A DNA stretch of 64,000 bases from Yuukianura sp. NJ FZ-2021 (taxonomy: Eukaryota). The notes below the pieces were generated by a model, which was not told the origin of the DNA, made no database searches, and saw nothing but the letters and a program-made list of their open reading frames with translations. This document shows, piece by piece, positions 37,144-49,454 of the stretch; within the stretch, counting starts at the first letter, position 1; the number at the start of each line of letters is the position of its first letter. Location: assembly GCA_046563655.1 (NCBI GenBank), contig CM102285.1:7006001-7070000 (forward strand). The letters run 5' to 3'. Made by a program: the position numbers and the translations under genes.

Positions 37144-38538
37144 AACAGGCATGATTCAAAGTAAATAGGAGGATTTATAAATTATAAAAGGATAATGTTA
37201 GTGTAGGATCCACATACCTCTGTTACCTTAAGTTAGAACAAAACAATAAAGATACTATTGAGGAAAATCGATTACTATAGCGGATCTGTAACTTCTGCGT
37301 CAAGTGAATTAGGTCAAGGTACCTAGTTTAATAATTTTTCTGCGCGTCATTGATGACGCATGTACATGTATTAAATTGCAATATTCAACACTAAAACCGT
37401 TGAAACAAAAAGAGAATTCCTCACATCAGCGATGAATAAAACAAAAACACGTTTGAGTTCAGTAGCTGGCGTTTGTTGTGTTTAACTAAATACGATTAGC
37501 TATAACTTGTAGCCTATAAGTAAGTTAAATCAGCTTCCGTTGATGTGAATAGTTATTCCCGAATTACTTAAAATGAAGTGTATCATCATCTTATTAGTAC
37601 AATGCCTATTTCTCCTTTTGAGCTGCGATTTACCAGTAATTTTAACAGGTAACAACGCTAATAATACATTAAACTGAATAAACAAAACTTTTTTGTCGAC
37701 AAAGATTTCAAGACTTATTTTGAATTTGAAAAAGCCGGAAGGTCACCTGATCCGTGTGAGAGGACATATTGCCCAAGAGGCTATGCTTGCAGTGTTGTCA
37801 AAAATGTCAACTGCTCCAAGTCAAATCCCTGTCCTTCAGTTGGGAAGTGCATACGCTTTGGATCTGGAGCCGTATGAAACAGATTCAGAGCAAAACTTAT
37901 TCCACGATATATTTAAATTCTTATACTTAACATTAAACGTACTATACTTTGTCGAGAAAAAAGGAATGCAGCAAATATTCAATGAAACAAAACTGTCACC
38001 TTTGTCTGCATTTGTCACTTCCGAAATCAACTAATCTTGATACTCTTTTGCTTGATCTTTTCCGAGATCAATGTTTCGTAATGCACACGAATTACATCTA
38101 CATGAAAAACAATATCATTATGTAAGTAACATTGTGGTAAATTCTCATTAGTCGGATGTTTAGAGAGACATGGATAGATGGCGTTTTTAGTGAGAATGGT
38201 ACAACACAATACACAATGCCTTCGGGATTCCAAGCTTGTAATTACTCAATCGGCAAAGCCACTGCTCGCGTTCGTCTCAACTCGCAATCGCAATTGCAAA
38301 CTTGAACAACATTTTCAGCCATGTAACTTTACATACCATTAGAGTATTATACCATTAGATGTAATTAGAGGCCATGTCGCAGTAGTATTTGCGGAACATA
38401 ACTGCATACCTTTACATGGGCATACCGTTTTATCATCTTCATCCTGCTCCTTTTTTATTACATAGTACAGACAGAATTGATGTGGAGGGCCATTTTAGAC
38501 AGAAAACCTGACACAGTTATTTAGTACGAATTAATATT

Positions 38539-38672
38539 ATATATACCGAATAGTCTGTTCATCAGTTTGGAGTTGATTTTGAGTATAGGAGAGATATAGG
38601 AGAAGGCCTCCGCTATATCTCTCCTATACTCAAACTCAACTCCAAACTGGTGAACAGACTATTCGGCATATA
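38539..38672. repeat. ~130-bp hairpin / mini-MITE downstream of the AKR gene
   Basis: ~58-bp near-perfect arms: ccgaatagtctgttc..ggagagatata / tatatctctcc..gaacagactattcgg. Confidence 0.8.
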
Positions 38673-38857
38673 TAGTAATTGAGGTAAAACCATGGATCTA
38701 AGTTTGAATATAGGTTTTTTATTCTCGAGATATACATCTTGGTAACCAAACATTGGATAGAATTCGATTTTGGTAATCAATTCTGTTTTGGATGGAGTTT
38801 AATGCTTTGAACGAAAAAGTTAAGTGTCTAGAAGAGACGATTAATTCCGATGAACAC

Positions 38858-41355
38858 TTACGACTTGTATGGCATCTCCGGATGCTTTTCGGCACTAAAC
38901 GAAAAAAAAAATTATAGATATTAGGTAAACCATACGACGTGTTAACACCCAATCATGAACGTTTACCCTTTAAATGCAGTGAAACTGAATGTACGTCCAG
39001 CAGCACCACGGTCCAAGGCTTCTAGTCTCTTCATTTCATCCGTTGTTAGATTGAAATCAAAAATCTACAAGTGAAATTATAAAAAAAAAGCAGTAGAAAG
39101 ATATATTGTTCATAGACAGTGTGATTAAACAAAACATTCATGTTGAAAATTGAAAAAAAAAGTTAAAATTTACAAAAATGCTAATACCAATAGATTACCT
39201 GGGCGTTTTCAACGATTCGTTTGGCATTTGTGCTTTTTGGAATGACCACAATATCTTGTTGAGCCAAAAATCGCAGCAGAACTTGACCCGAAGTTTTACC
39301 ATGAGTCTGTGCAATCCCACAAACCACAGGATCATTCAGAATTCCAGGATCGACAAATGTACCCCTGACAGATGAAAACAAATGAGTAGTTATTACTTTG
39401 TGCTACCTTTTGATTAATCAAAGTCAAATTAGAAGAGAATTCTTACATGCCACGTGCTTTATACAACTGGGCGCGACCAGGGCTTCCGAACGGAGCATAG
39501 GCACAAAACGTAATTCCATGTTTGGCGCAAGTAGCTCTCAGCGATTTTTGTTGAAAGTAAACGTTAGCTTCCACTTGAAGATTTGCCGGTTTCACTTCGG
39601 CAGACGCTACTATACGATCAATTTGCTCCTCGTTGAAATTAGAAACACCAATGGCTTTAGCTCTTCCCGCTTTCACTTGAGCTTCCATTCCTTTCCATAC
39701 TTTGATAAGGTCCGTGCTCATGTCCAAGGCCAATTCACCATTCTCCATTGGAAACAGGGTCGCATCGTCGATGTATTTCAAACCGATTGGCATATGGACA
39801 AGATACAAGTCAACATAATCCAGTTTCAGAGCTGCCAACGAAAGTTTTAGGAAATGTTCAACGCGACTTTGTTCCAAACCAGTTCCAGGAAGCTGCAAGT
39901 CAAATACAAGTATATCGTTTTGCAAAGGAATTCATCAATGATCATGATCAATGATCAAGAAATAATAAAGAACTTGATTTCATTATAATTGTGCACGATA
40001 TTTTTCACAAAGACTTTCTTTTCGATTCCAATTTTTTGATTTATTGTTTAGAGGTAACTTACTCCCAGGGTGTGTAGTTCTTTTTTTCCCAAAAAAAAAA
40101 ATCAAAAACCATTGGGTTTTGGTTGAAATCATTTTTTTTTTCGTTTAAACCAAATTCGAGAAAAGGATGCGAAATGTATAAACGGACTCAGATGACTCAG
40201 ATCAAAAACAAGAAAACGAAGTTTTATAAGCAAAAAATACTTTGAGATAATTTAAAAAAGATAAAATCAGCACTTCATGTAGCAAAACGCAATAGAAAGT
40301 ACATTTTAATCGCATTCTTTTGTGCAAATACGAAATCTGGTCAACCATATATGTTGGCCTAAACCAAATTACTTCCATTTAAGTCATTTTCCGTGAAATT
40401 TCTTAAAACTGACGCGTTTTGTGCCTAAATTTCGTCGGTCTGAGTCTTTTTCTGCCGATATTTCTTCCACATGAGCCGTTTTTCGCCATTTTATACAATG
40501 TGCATTTAAACCGGGTTTTTATATAAAAAAAAAACGTTCCGGTTTAAATCACGGTTTAAACCATGGTTTAAATTAGTTGATTTATACCAAACACACCCTG
40601 CTCCGGAATTTCATTGTACAGATGCAGTTCGCGTTATCCCGATATTTCATAATTACTGTTTAAAGGTTAAGGTGTAGTATTTGAATATTGCGTAGAAAAA
40701 AAACTACTTTCGTCAGTGACATTTCAATTTAAATTCTGCAACAACCTAACCTAACCTTTGATTTTTAGCTCTCATTTCTATATCCTTAAGGGATTTCATG
40801 TAATTTGCCCAAAAGTGAAATAACCAAAACGGAAAGGCCAGAAAATAACTAAAAAAAAAACTCAGGTAACTGACCTAAGGTCCTTCAATTTCTGGCCATT
40901 TCACTTCAAGTTTGTTTCACATTTGGGCCAGCTTTTTTGTCCATTTAACCTGCTACGCCTTAAGGTTTGCTTTTTTTGCAAATTCAAATATGCCTGCAAA
41001 TTCGACGTAAATTCCGTTCTAATGCCTACTAACCTTCGTGACTATGAAGAGCTCTTCTCTTTTTACTTTTCCAGCGTCCAGCCATTCTTTGATGACATCA
41101 CCCACGATGTGCTCATTCGTGTAGTTGTAGGCTGTGTCAAAATGTCGGTAACCGGCTTCCAGAGCAGCATGAAGCGCCTTTGTTAGTTCTTCCCGATCAG
41201 CTGCCTGGAATCAGAAGATTTGAATAAAATATTGAGTTATTAGGTGTCAATGATAGGAAGAAATTAATAGGAAAGAAATAACTCACCTGCCACGTTCCTA
41301 ATCCCAGAACTGGCATTTTCTGCCCGTTGTGGAACTGGACAAATCGATGTGTCAT
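38858..41355 (-). CDS. Aldo-keto reductase (AKR1/aldose-reductase-like), 328 aa
   Basis: Exons 41355-41287, 41204-41034, 39892-39447, 39364-39199, 39064-38967, 38894-38858, all GT-AG, 987 nt. Motifs MPVLGLGTWQ, GYRHFDTAYNY, ELFIVTKL, LDYVDLYLVH, KAIGVSNF, VIPKS, HPEMPY. Confidence 0.95.
40066..40600. mobile_element. TIR MITE in AKR intron 2
   Basis: 10-bp TIR cagggtgtgt / acacaccctg, subterminal ggtttaaa repeats, ctcc on both flanks. Confidence 0.6.
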
Positions 41356-41821
41356 TGTCTCAGCTGGAAAGTGTTGATACGAATTGTAAGTTTACAATTT
41401 GTAACCTGCTGGAACTGTTCTCAACGAGAGTGAACCGAGAAGTGAAGAGAGGAAGCAGAAAACAGAGTTTATTTGGAGGTGACCTCGCCGGTGCGGTGTA
41501 ACATTGTAATATTTCCAATCCAAAAATCATTGGTATGCAATTTTTCTACTGGAATTCATATGAGGTTATAGCTCAAGGTTAAACCACTTCGCGTACTCCT
41601 TTCGAGTTTTTTTTTGGCTGATGATTTCACGCTTTACATCAATCTGAGAAGGACACACACGCTTTTTAGTATTGAACTGTGAAGTGGGGAGATGAAGAGC
41701 TCTGACGACATAACAGTCACGATGACCGGCAAGTTTCAAGGCTGGCCTATTGGCAATAGCATTTGCCAATGTACTTACTAGGAATGTATATGTAATGTTA
41801 CTGTAATGTTACTGTAATGCA

Positions 41822-42282
41822 TATGGAGGGATATTAGTAGCAAAACTAATTAAACTTTCCCCCGCCAATTAAAGTTTCCCCAATTAAAAAAGTTAATTTT
41901 CGCCAATTTATTAATTGGCGTAAACTTAATTGGCGGAAAGTTAATCGGGGAAATTTTAAACGGCGAAAAGTTAATTGGGGGGAATTTAAACGGCGAAAAG
42001 TTAATTGGGGAAATTTTAAACGGCGAAAAGTTAATTGGGGGGAATTTAAACGGCGAAAAGTTAATTGGGGGAAATTTAAACGGCGAAAAGTTAATTGGGG
42101 GGAATTTAAACGGCGAAAAGTTAATTGGGGGAAATTTAAACGGCGAAAAGTTAATTGGGGGGAATTTAAACGGCGAAAAGTTAATCGGGGAAACTTTAAA
42201 CGGCGAAAAGTTAATCGGAGAAACTTTAAACGGCGAGAAGTAAATTGGGGAAACTTTAATCGGCGAAAAGTTTACGTTCCCC
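41822..42282. mobile_element. Solo left arm of a TATGGAGGG foldback element with 30-bp tandem array
   Basis: Same terminus as 43864; ~12 copies of aaacggcgaaaagttaattgggg(g/a)aattt. Confidence 0.8.
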
Positions 42283-42338
42283 AATAAACTTCATTCGCCA
42301 GAAATGCCAGGTGGTGTAATGTTATGGTAGTAAAAAAT

Positions 42339-43863
42339 GATATAGGGATACGGGCCCGAGTTCGAATCTCGCTAAGGATATTATTTTTTTTTGTGCTCCA
42401 ATTAATTTTTAAAATACAACCATCAATTTTTTTATTGAATGCCATATTATTAATGATAATAATAATAATAATAATCATCTCTATATATAAAATCGAGACT
42501 CTGTTAATCTGTGTCTTTGTCCTGCTACTCCTCCGAAACTACTGGACCGATTTGGACAAATGAGGTGTCTTTTTCTTCGTCAGGTCACCCCGAAGAGCAC
42601 TGGTGATGTCGCATATTGACCCGTGACCTTGGACCCTTGACCTTGCGCGGTGACCTCACAAAATCATACCAAACACAAGCAAGTGGCATGCTATTCTAAA
42701 GCAGAGGTCAAATGGAGTTCATTTGTGTATGACATATCGACCTATGACCTTTGACCTTTGACCTAGGGCAGTCACCCCATAAGAAGTATACGCAAACATA
42801 GGCATGTGATATGTCATTCGAAAGCGGAGATTCAGTGGAGTAGACCTTGACCTTTGACTTATCGCTAGGGCGGCAAAATATATACTTTTAAACGTAAAAT
42901 ATTTTAACATTAAAAAAAATATGTATCTAAATATTTACTAAAATGGGTACTATTTATCGCAAAGAAAGTTTAATTTGCGTTAAATAAGGTCAGAAATTTC
43001 CACGAATTTAGCGATGTACTCAATTACTTCGGAAGACAGAGTGTAACCTCATACTCTCTTTTAGAGAGAACCTTTACAAAAGAAGATTCGCACAAAAGAA
43101 AAACGTCACTGTTTTTCGGAGTGAAACTTTTTGCCAAGATATCATAACAAGCCATTTAATTTTCAAGCTCTTTTCAAAAATTGGCAAAACATCATGCTAA
43201 TTTCTTGATTTTTTTTAAAAATGAAGGTAAATATTTAAAATTTTCGTAAATATTTCTAATTTCCTTTTTTGCTCAAATATTCTTTTTAAATATTAAAATA
43301 TTTCATGTTTAAAAGTATATATTTTGCCGCCCTAGCGATAAGTCAAAGGTCAAGGTCTACTCCACTGAATCTCCGCTTTCGAATGACATATCACATGCCT
43401 ATGTTTGCGTATACTTCTTATCGGGTGACTGCCCTAGGTCAAAGGTCAAAGGTCATAGGTCGATATGTCATACACAAATGAACTCCATTTGACCTCTGCT
43501 TTAGAATAGCATGCCACTTGCTTGTGTTTGGTATGATTTTGTGAGGTCACCGCGCAAGGTCAAGGGTCCAAGGTCACGGGTCAATATGCGACATCACCAG
43601 TGCTCTTCGGGGTGACCTGACGAAGAAAAAGACACCTCATTTGTCCAAATCGGTCCAGTAGTTTCGGAGGAGTAGCAGGACAAAGACACAGATTAACAGA
43701 GTCTCGATTTTATATATAGAGATGATTATTATTATTATTATTATCATTAATAATATGGCATTCAATAAAAAAATTGATGGTTGTATTTTAAAAATTAATT
43801 GGAGCACAAAAAAAAAAATAACATCCTTAGCGAGATTCGAACTCGGGCCCGTATCCCTATATC
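42339..43863. repeat. Inverted duplication, ~555-bp near-identical arms, containing a Helitron-like 5' end
   Basis: 42339-42893 is the reverse complement of 43307-43863. A|TCtctatatataaaa...aaactactggaccgattt at 42478 resembles insect Helitron 5' ends. Confidence 0.9.
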
Positions 43864-45854
43864 TATGGAGGGATATTAGTAGCAAAACTAATTAAACTTT
43901 CCCCCGCCAATTAAAGTTTCCCCAATTAAAAAAGTTAACTTTCGCCAATTAATCAATTGGCGAAAATTTAATTGGCGGAAAGTTAATCGGGGAAAGCTAA
44001 AACGGGGAAAAGTTAATTGGGGGGATTTTAAACGGCGAAAAGTTAATTGGGGGGATTTTAAACGGCGAGAAGTTAATCGGCGAAACTTTAAACGGCGAAA
44101 AGTTAATTGGGGGGATTTTAAACGGCGAAAAGTTAATGGGGGAAATTTTAAACGGCGAGAAGTTAATCGGCGAAACTTTAAACGGCGAAAAGTGAGTGTT
44201 TCCCGTCAATAGATTTCTCCCCCCAATTGAGTTTCCCGTCAATAGACTTCTCCCCCCAATTGATTTCACAAAAATACTCAGAGATGATACCGGGCACCTG
44301 TAATATATGGGCACCCAAATTATATCATATTTATTTCAAATCTTATGTTAATTAAATTAAACTAATTTCAAAACTAATTAAAATTTTCAATTATTTTTAA
44401 TTAATATTTAGCACACTTAGTTTATCATTAATTAACTTATAATACATTAATGGTTGACTTCAATGTTGCCCATGTATGATGTAGGCGTTGTGACGTGGTA
44501 AATGACTTTTTCATTTACCATTTTGTTTTGAAATCATATAGAAACAAGTTCTTAGGTTTCAAACCAATTTAACCATTTTTAATTAAGTTTAAGTTTCTAA
44601 GTTGAAGTCAGGTGCCTGGTCTAAAAAAAAGTCATGTCAGTTGCAGCAACTGCTGCTGCAAGCAATTTCTGGATACCATTCTCTCATCAACGTTAAGGTC
44701 AGTGCATAATGAATTTGTAAAGGGCCCCTTATTTTTCAATCGTGTTTTTGACCTTAACCAAAGTCAAACTTAATGCTGTATATTAATTCACTTTTCAGAG
44801 CAGCAAACTTGAATCATTATTTGGACAATGTCATTCCGGCTTTTCCAGACTGTCCCCGGATTGCTAATGCTGAGGAGAATGAAGACTCAGACTCAGAAGA
44901 CTCAGGAGACTCAGAAGTTTGCTGCTCTGAAAAGTGAATTAATATACAGCATTAAGTTTGACTTTGGTTAAGGTCAAAAACACGATTGAAAAATAAGGGG
45001 CCCTTTACAAATTCATTATGCACTGACCTTAACGTTGATGAGAGAATGGTATCCAGGAATTGCTTGCAGTTGCTGCAACTGACATGACTTTTTTTAGACC
45101 AGGCACCTGACTTCAACTTAGAAATTTAAACTTAATTAAAAATGGTTAAATTGGTTTGAAACCTAAGAACTTGTTTCTATTTGATTTCAAAACAAAATGG
45201 TAAATGAAAAAGTCATTTACCACGTCACAACGCCTACATCATACATGGGCAACATTGAAGTCAACCATTAATGTATTATAAGTTAATTAATGGTAAACTA
45301 AGTGTGCTAAATATTAATTAAAAATAATTGAAAATTTTAATTAGTTTTGAAATTAGTTTAATTTAATTAACATAAGATTTGAAATAAATATGATATAATT
45401 TGGGTGCCCATATATTACAGGTGCCCGGTATCATCTCTGAGTATTTTTGTGAAATCAATTGGGGGGAGAAGTCTATTGACGGGAAACTCAATTGGGGGGA
45501 GAAATCTATTGACGGGAAACACTCACTTTTCGCCGTTTAAAGTTTCGCCGATTAACTTCTCGCCGTTTAAAATTTCCCCGATTAACTTTTCGCCGTTTAA
45601 AATCCCCCCAATTAACTTTTCGCCGTTTAAAGTTTCGCCGATTAACTTCTCGCCGTTTAAAATCCCCCCAATTAACTTTTCGCCGTTTAAAATCCCCCCA
45701 ATTAACTTTTCCCCGTTTTAGCTTTCCCCGATTAACTTTCCGCCAATTAAATTTTCGCCAATTGATTAATTGGCGAAAGTTAACTTTTTTAATTGGGGAA
45801 ACTTTAATTGGCGGGGGAAAGTTTAATTAGTTTTGCTACTAATATCCCTCCATA
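43864..45854. mobile_element. 2-kb foldback element with TATGGAGGG termini
   Basis: ~945-bp near-identical arms (43864-44810 / 44915-45854), ~105-bp spacer, 30-bp subterminal tandem repeats. Confidence 0.9.
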
Positions 45855-48131
45855 ATAAATGACAATTATAAAATACTATATAATTTAGAATTTAAACAAG
45901 CGATATTCAAGGCCTCACCCTCAACGTTCGATTTTGTGCACGACGTAAACTTATGACTACGAGCGATACAAAGGTTGAGTTGTGCATTTAGGTGAAACGA
46001 TTTTGAATTTAAGAAAACGATATTCGATCGCTTTGCTCAACGTTCATATTGTCATATTGTGCAGTTATTTTGACGCTGGGTAAGCGACGTTGTTATTTCA
46101 AAATTTGTCCATACCAGAGAACAATTGGGGGGCTTAGACGAAGAAGGGCGTAAATCGTTGCTACGGAAATTCTTTAGCAAATAAGTTTGCAAACAAGCAA
46201 TTTTTGCAATCGAAATGAACGCAAAAAAGTATCGAAAATTAGAATTCAGTTCGGAGATCATTAAAGACATTAACGATATTAGCTTTTACCAGGGTTGCGT
46301 AGTTTTTGCTTAAATAATAACAAACACCAAAAAATTGGAAAAAATCCTTCGGCGACAATTAAAGACAAAAATAAGGGGTGAGAATCCTAAACTAAGCTCA
46401 CAACGATTTGGCCCTGATTCGGCTCTATTATTTTTTTTTTGTGTAAATTGTGCAATAAGTGTGGCGCTTCCATATTTCAAAATACAGAATATGAATATAA
46501 AATTTATATTTATATTCTGTATTTTGCTCTATATTTCGGTTTGCAATTACTCTATAATGTCTTAGGTTCATGCAAATGCTGTCCAACTCGCAACATTTAA
46601 AATCTAGTTTCTGAGACTCCACGCAAACACAAATTGGCTTGCTTTGGCGCTTCAGAAGTGTCTATAGTATAATTTCCCCGAAACGCCATTATAATATGCG
46701 CGAAGACCAACGCCAATTTGAATTGCCAAGAACTAGAACCATGTCAAAAATGCTGGATTTGATCAAATCTTTTCCTGGATTAATGTAAACGTTACACAAA
46801 AATAAAGAAAACGGCATCGGTCGTGACTCAAAGGAATGCTCGTGACTCAATGGAAATAGGGTGTGGTAGAGAGCTTCGCGTTATTACCGAGATACAACTG
46901 CTCGGACTGGTTTTTAGTTTGGAACTAAAATCTGGTTAGAAAAGTGAGGTGTGATCTCCAAACTTCTAAATCGGTAATAAGTTTGAGGCCGATCACACCC
47001 TAACCAGAATTTTTGGGGTTATCTCAAGATTATTTAACGATTAAGGATAATCGGGAAAAATCAGTTTTGCGGTTTTGGTGTGATCGTCCTTTTTTCCTAA
47101 TCCGGCATTACAATCTGCTAATGCTCAGCACAGATCGTGGCTCCAGGATTTTTCGTCCACAAAACAGGTTTTCTGGAAGACGTTAAAGAAATCCTGCGGT
47201 TTTCTGCCTTCTTTTCCGACACACGGCAAACCGGTTGAAGATTCCTCCGGGATGTTTCGGAGAGAACTCTCGGGATGTGGATCAGCGTATGGTAATACAA
47301 AAATTGTGGCTGTAGTTTTCTGAGGTTGTAACCAATCATTCAGGAAATGCACCTGAAAATTGAGTCGAAGTCGTCGAATTTCTTGTTTTCAATTTACTAT
47401 TTACGCATTACGTCACTAAGAGTTGGGATGACTAGAGAATTGAGTCTCAGAAGTGGCTCATCCACCTCGCCATACCCATTTAGAAAAACCAGCGAATGAT
47501 GCTCAAATGTCAATTTCAATCGTAAATAATCCCCTCGTTCGCCCCTCCCTGGTTTTTCATGATTACGTATTGTGTGAATTCTCAATTCTCAGTCGTTGCC
47601 AGGTCTACAAAACGTTCTTTGGCGTTATTTTTATTCGCCACGAGTCATTCAGTGCCTCAGCTCCTCGGTTCTCGGAGCGTAATTTTTGTTTGACCAGGTT
47701 TGGTTACTATCTCCTTAACTTCGGCTGCGAAATCTTGCGCTTAAAGACTTACTGTAGTACTCTTAATGTCGGCTCACTTTTTTGTAAGTCTGGTCTCAGA
47801 CCAGACTTAACTTTGGAAATTAGTTGAAAATTAATTAATTAGTACATAAAATACCTCTTTTGGTAATACGTTACGTTTACCGTTGGCCTACGCTAACACT
47901 AAACGCGTTGTACCAACCCGTTCTGGCAAACTTTTGAAAATTTGTCTTTTTTCAAAATAAAAAATTCAAAATTCTTCTTCGAAAATTTTAGTTTTTCAAA
48001 AAAAAAAATTTTTTCTCGTAAATTTTCTTAGTTCAGAAAATTTTGTGTGTAGAAAGTGTTCATAAGTCTAGAAATTTATTTTTGAAAACTATTGTTCATA
48101 AAACTTGCTCAACGCAGTGTTCCTTGTTTAC

Positions 48132-48225
48132 CAAGGTTCCTTGACAACGTAAAGTTGTTGTTTTGTTTGTTTTTCGTTAACGAAAAACAAACAAAACAAC
48201 AACTTTTTGTTGTCAAGGAACCTTG
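48132..48225. repeat. 94-bp spacerless palindrome
   Basis: Centred on gtt|aac (48178/48179), with two mismatches. Confidence 0.9.
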
Positions 48226-48438
48226 CTTGTTTACATTGTTGAATTTGGAGGTGCGCATGCGCTTTGGTGTAAATCTCGAACTCATTTCAACTTGAGTCGC
48301 ACTCAAGTGAGTGTGACTTCACATTTCATTAAAAATATCAAATCCTCGACTGAACTGAGATGAGCCCGGCTCACCTCACGACGATTCATTAGGAATACTG
48401 CAGTTTCGGTTAGGCTAAGGCGACTACGGGCGCTGAAT

Positions 48439-49163
48439 GGGTGCACGCCATTGCATCAATTGAATTGTGTCAACGACAATTGTATCAATTGAATTGTATC
48501 ACTTTGAATTGCATCAACGGCTAATTGTATCAACGAGGCAATTGTATCAACTAGAGAATTGTGTCAACTGGCGAATTGTATCAACTATGAAATTGTATCA
48601 ACTGGGCAATTGTATCAACTGGGAAATTGTGTCAACGGGTAAACTATGCTTCAAATTTTTATTTAGTAAAACAAACGTCATTAATTTTTTTTTCTAGTCA
48701 ACTAACTTAATACTCAAACTTTGTTCTATAAAAGAAAACTATGTTTAATTTGATTTTTTTTCGGTTAGGTTTCTAATATTAAGGTAAAGTTTTTGAGGAT
48801 ACAATTTAGTTTTGATTTAAGTGCTTTCAAGTGGTTGAGGTATTAGACTGTGCTAATGCAGCGTAAAATTTTTGTTTTATTTTATGGAAAAATGTTTGAG
48901 TTTGACTAGAAAAAAAATTAATGAAGTCTGTTTTACTAAATAAAAATTTGAAGCATAATTTACCCGTTGACACAATTTCCCAGTTGATACAATTGCCCAG
49001 TTGATACAATTTCATAGTTGGTACAATTCGCCAGTTGACACAATTCTCCAGTTGATACAATTGGCTCGTTGATACAATTAGCCGTTGATGCAATTCAAAT
49101 TGATACAATTCAATTGATACAATTGTCGTTGACACAATTCAATTGATGCAATGGCATGGAAAC
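48439..49163. mobile_element. Foldback/MULE-like element with (aattgtatcaac) tandem arms
   Basis: ~260-bp inverted arms. Termini gcacgccattgcat / atgcaatggcatgga resemble those of 7543-8192. No TSD seen. Confidence 0.78.
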
Positions 49164-49212
49164 TGGGGGTCAAAGTGCGACTGAAAATGATGAATTTTCA
49201 CGCGGCCTGGTT

Positions 49213-49454
49213 TAGCGTTGGAATGTCGTACAATGATCCACAATATGTCAAACTTTAGGAAAAGACTTGGTCTAGTATTATTGGGAAAAAAATTTTGAAA
49301 TTTTTATTCCAAATATGAAAAAAGTCGCACGAAATGTTCCAGATCTATTTCTTCATAGCACTAACGTTTGATAACTTTTTTCCCGTCAGTACTAGATGAA
49401 TTCTTTTCCTAAAGTTTAATATATTGTGGATCTCTGCACGACATTCCTACGCTG
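49213..49454. repeat. Diverged palindrome related to 30312-30571
   Basis: gatccacaatatgtcaaactttaggaaaaga / tcttttcctaaagtttaatatattgtggatc. Confidence 0.65.

Noticed and set aside
41850..42284. 30-bp repeat array as CRISPR or as a PINFSPFK repeat protein (also 43997-44314 and 45404-45721)
   Set aside because: Contiguous repeats with no unique spacers, no cas genes, eukaryotic context; these are subterminal repeats of a foldback element.
42306..42380. tRNA-like A/B boxes (ggtggtgtaatg, gagttcgaatctc)
   Set aside because: No cloverleaf or acceptor stem; at most a decayed SINE head.
47118..47827. Duplicated ORFs mirrored at 49808-50473
   Set aside because: They are identical only because of the inverted repeat; no protein-like features.
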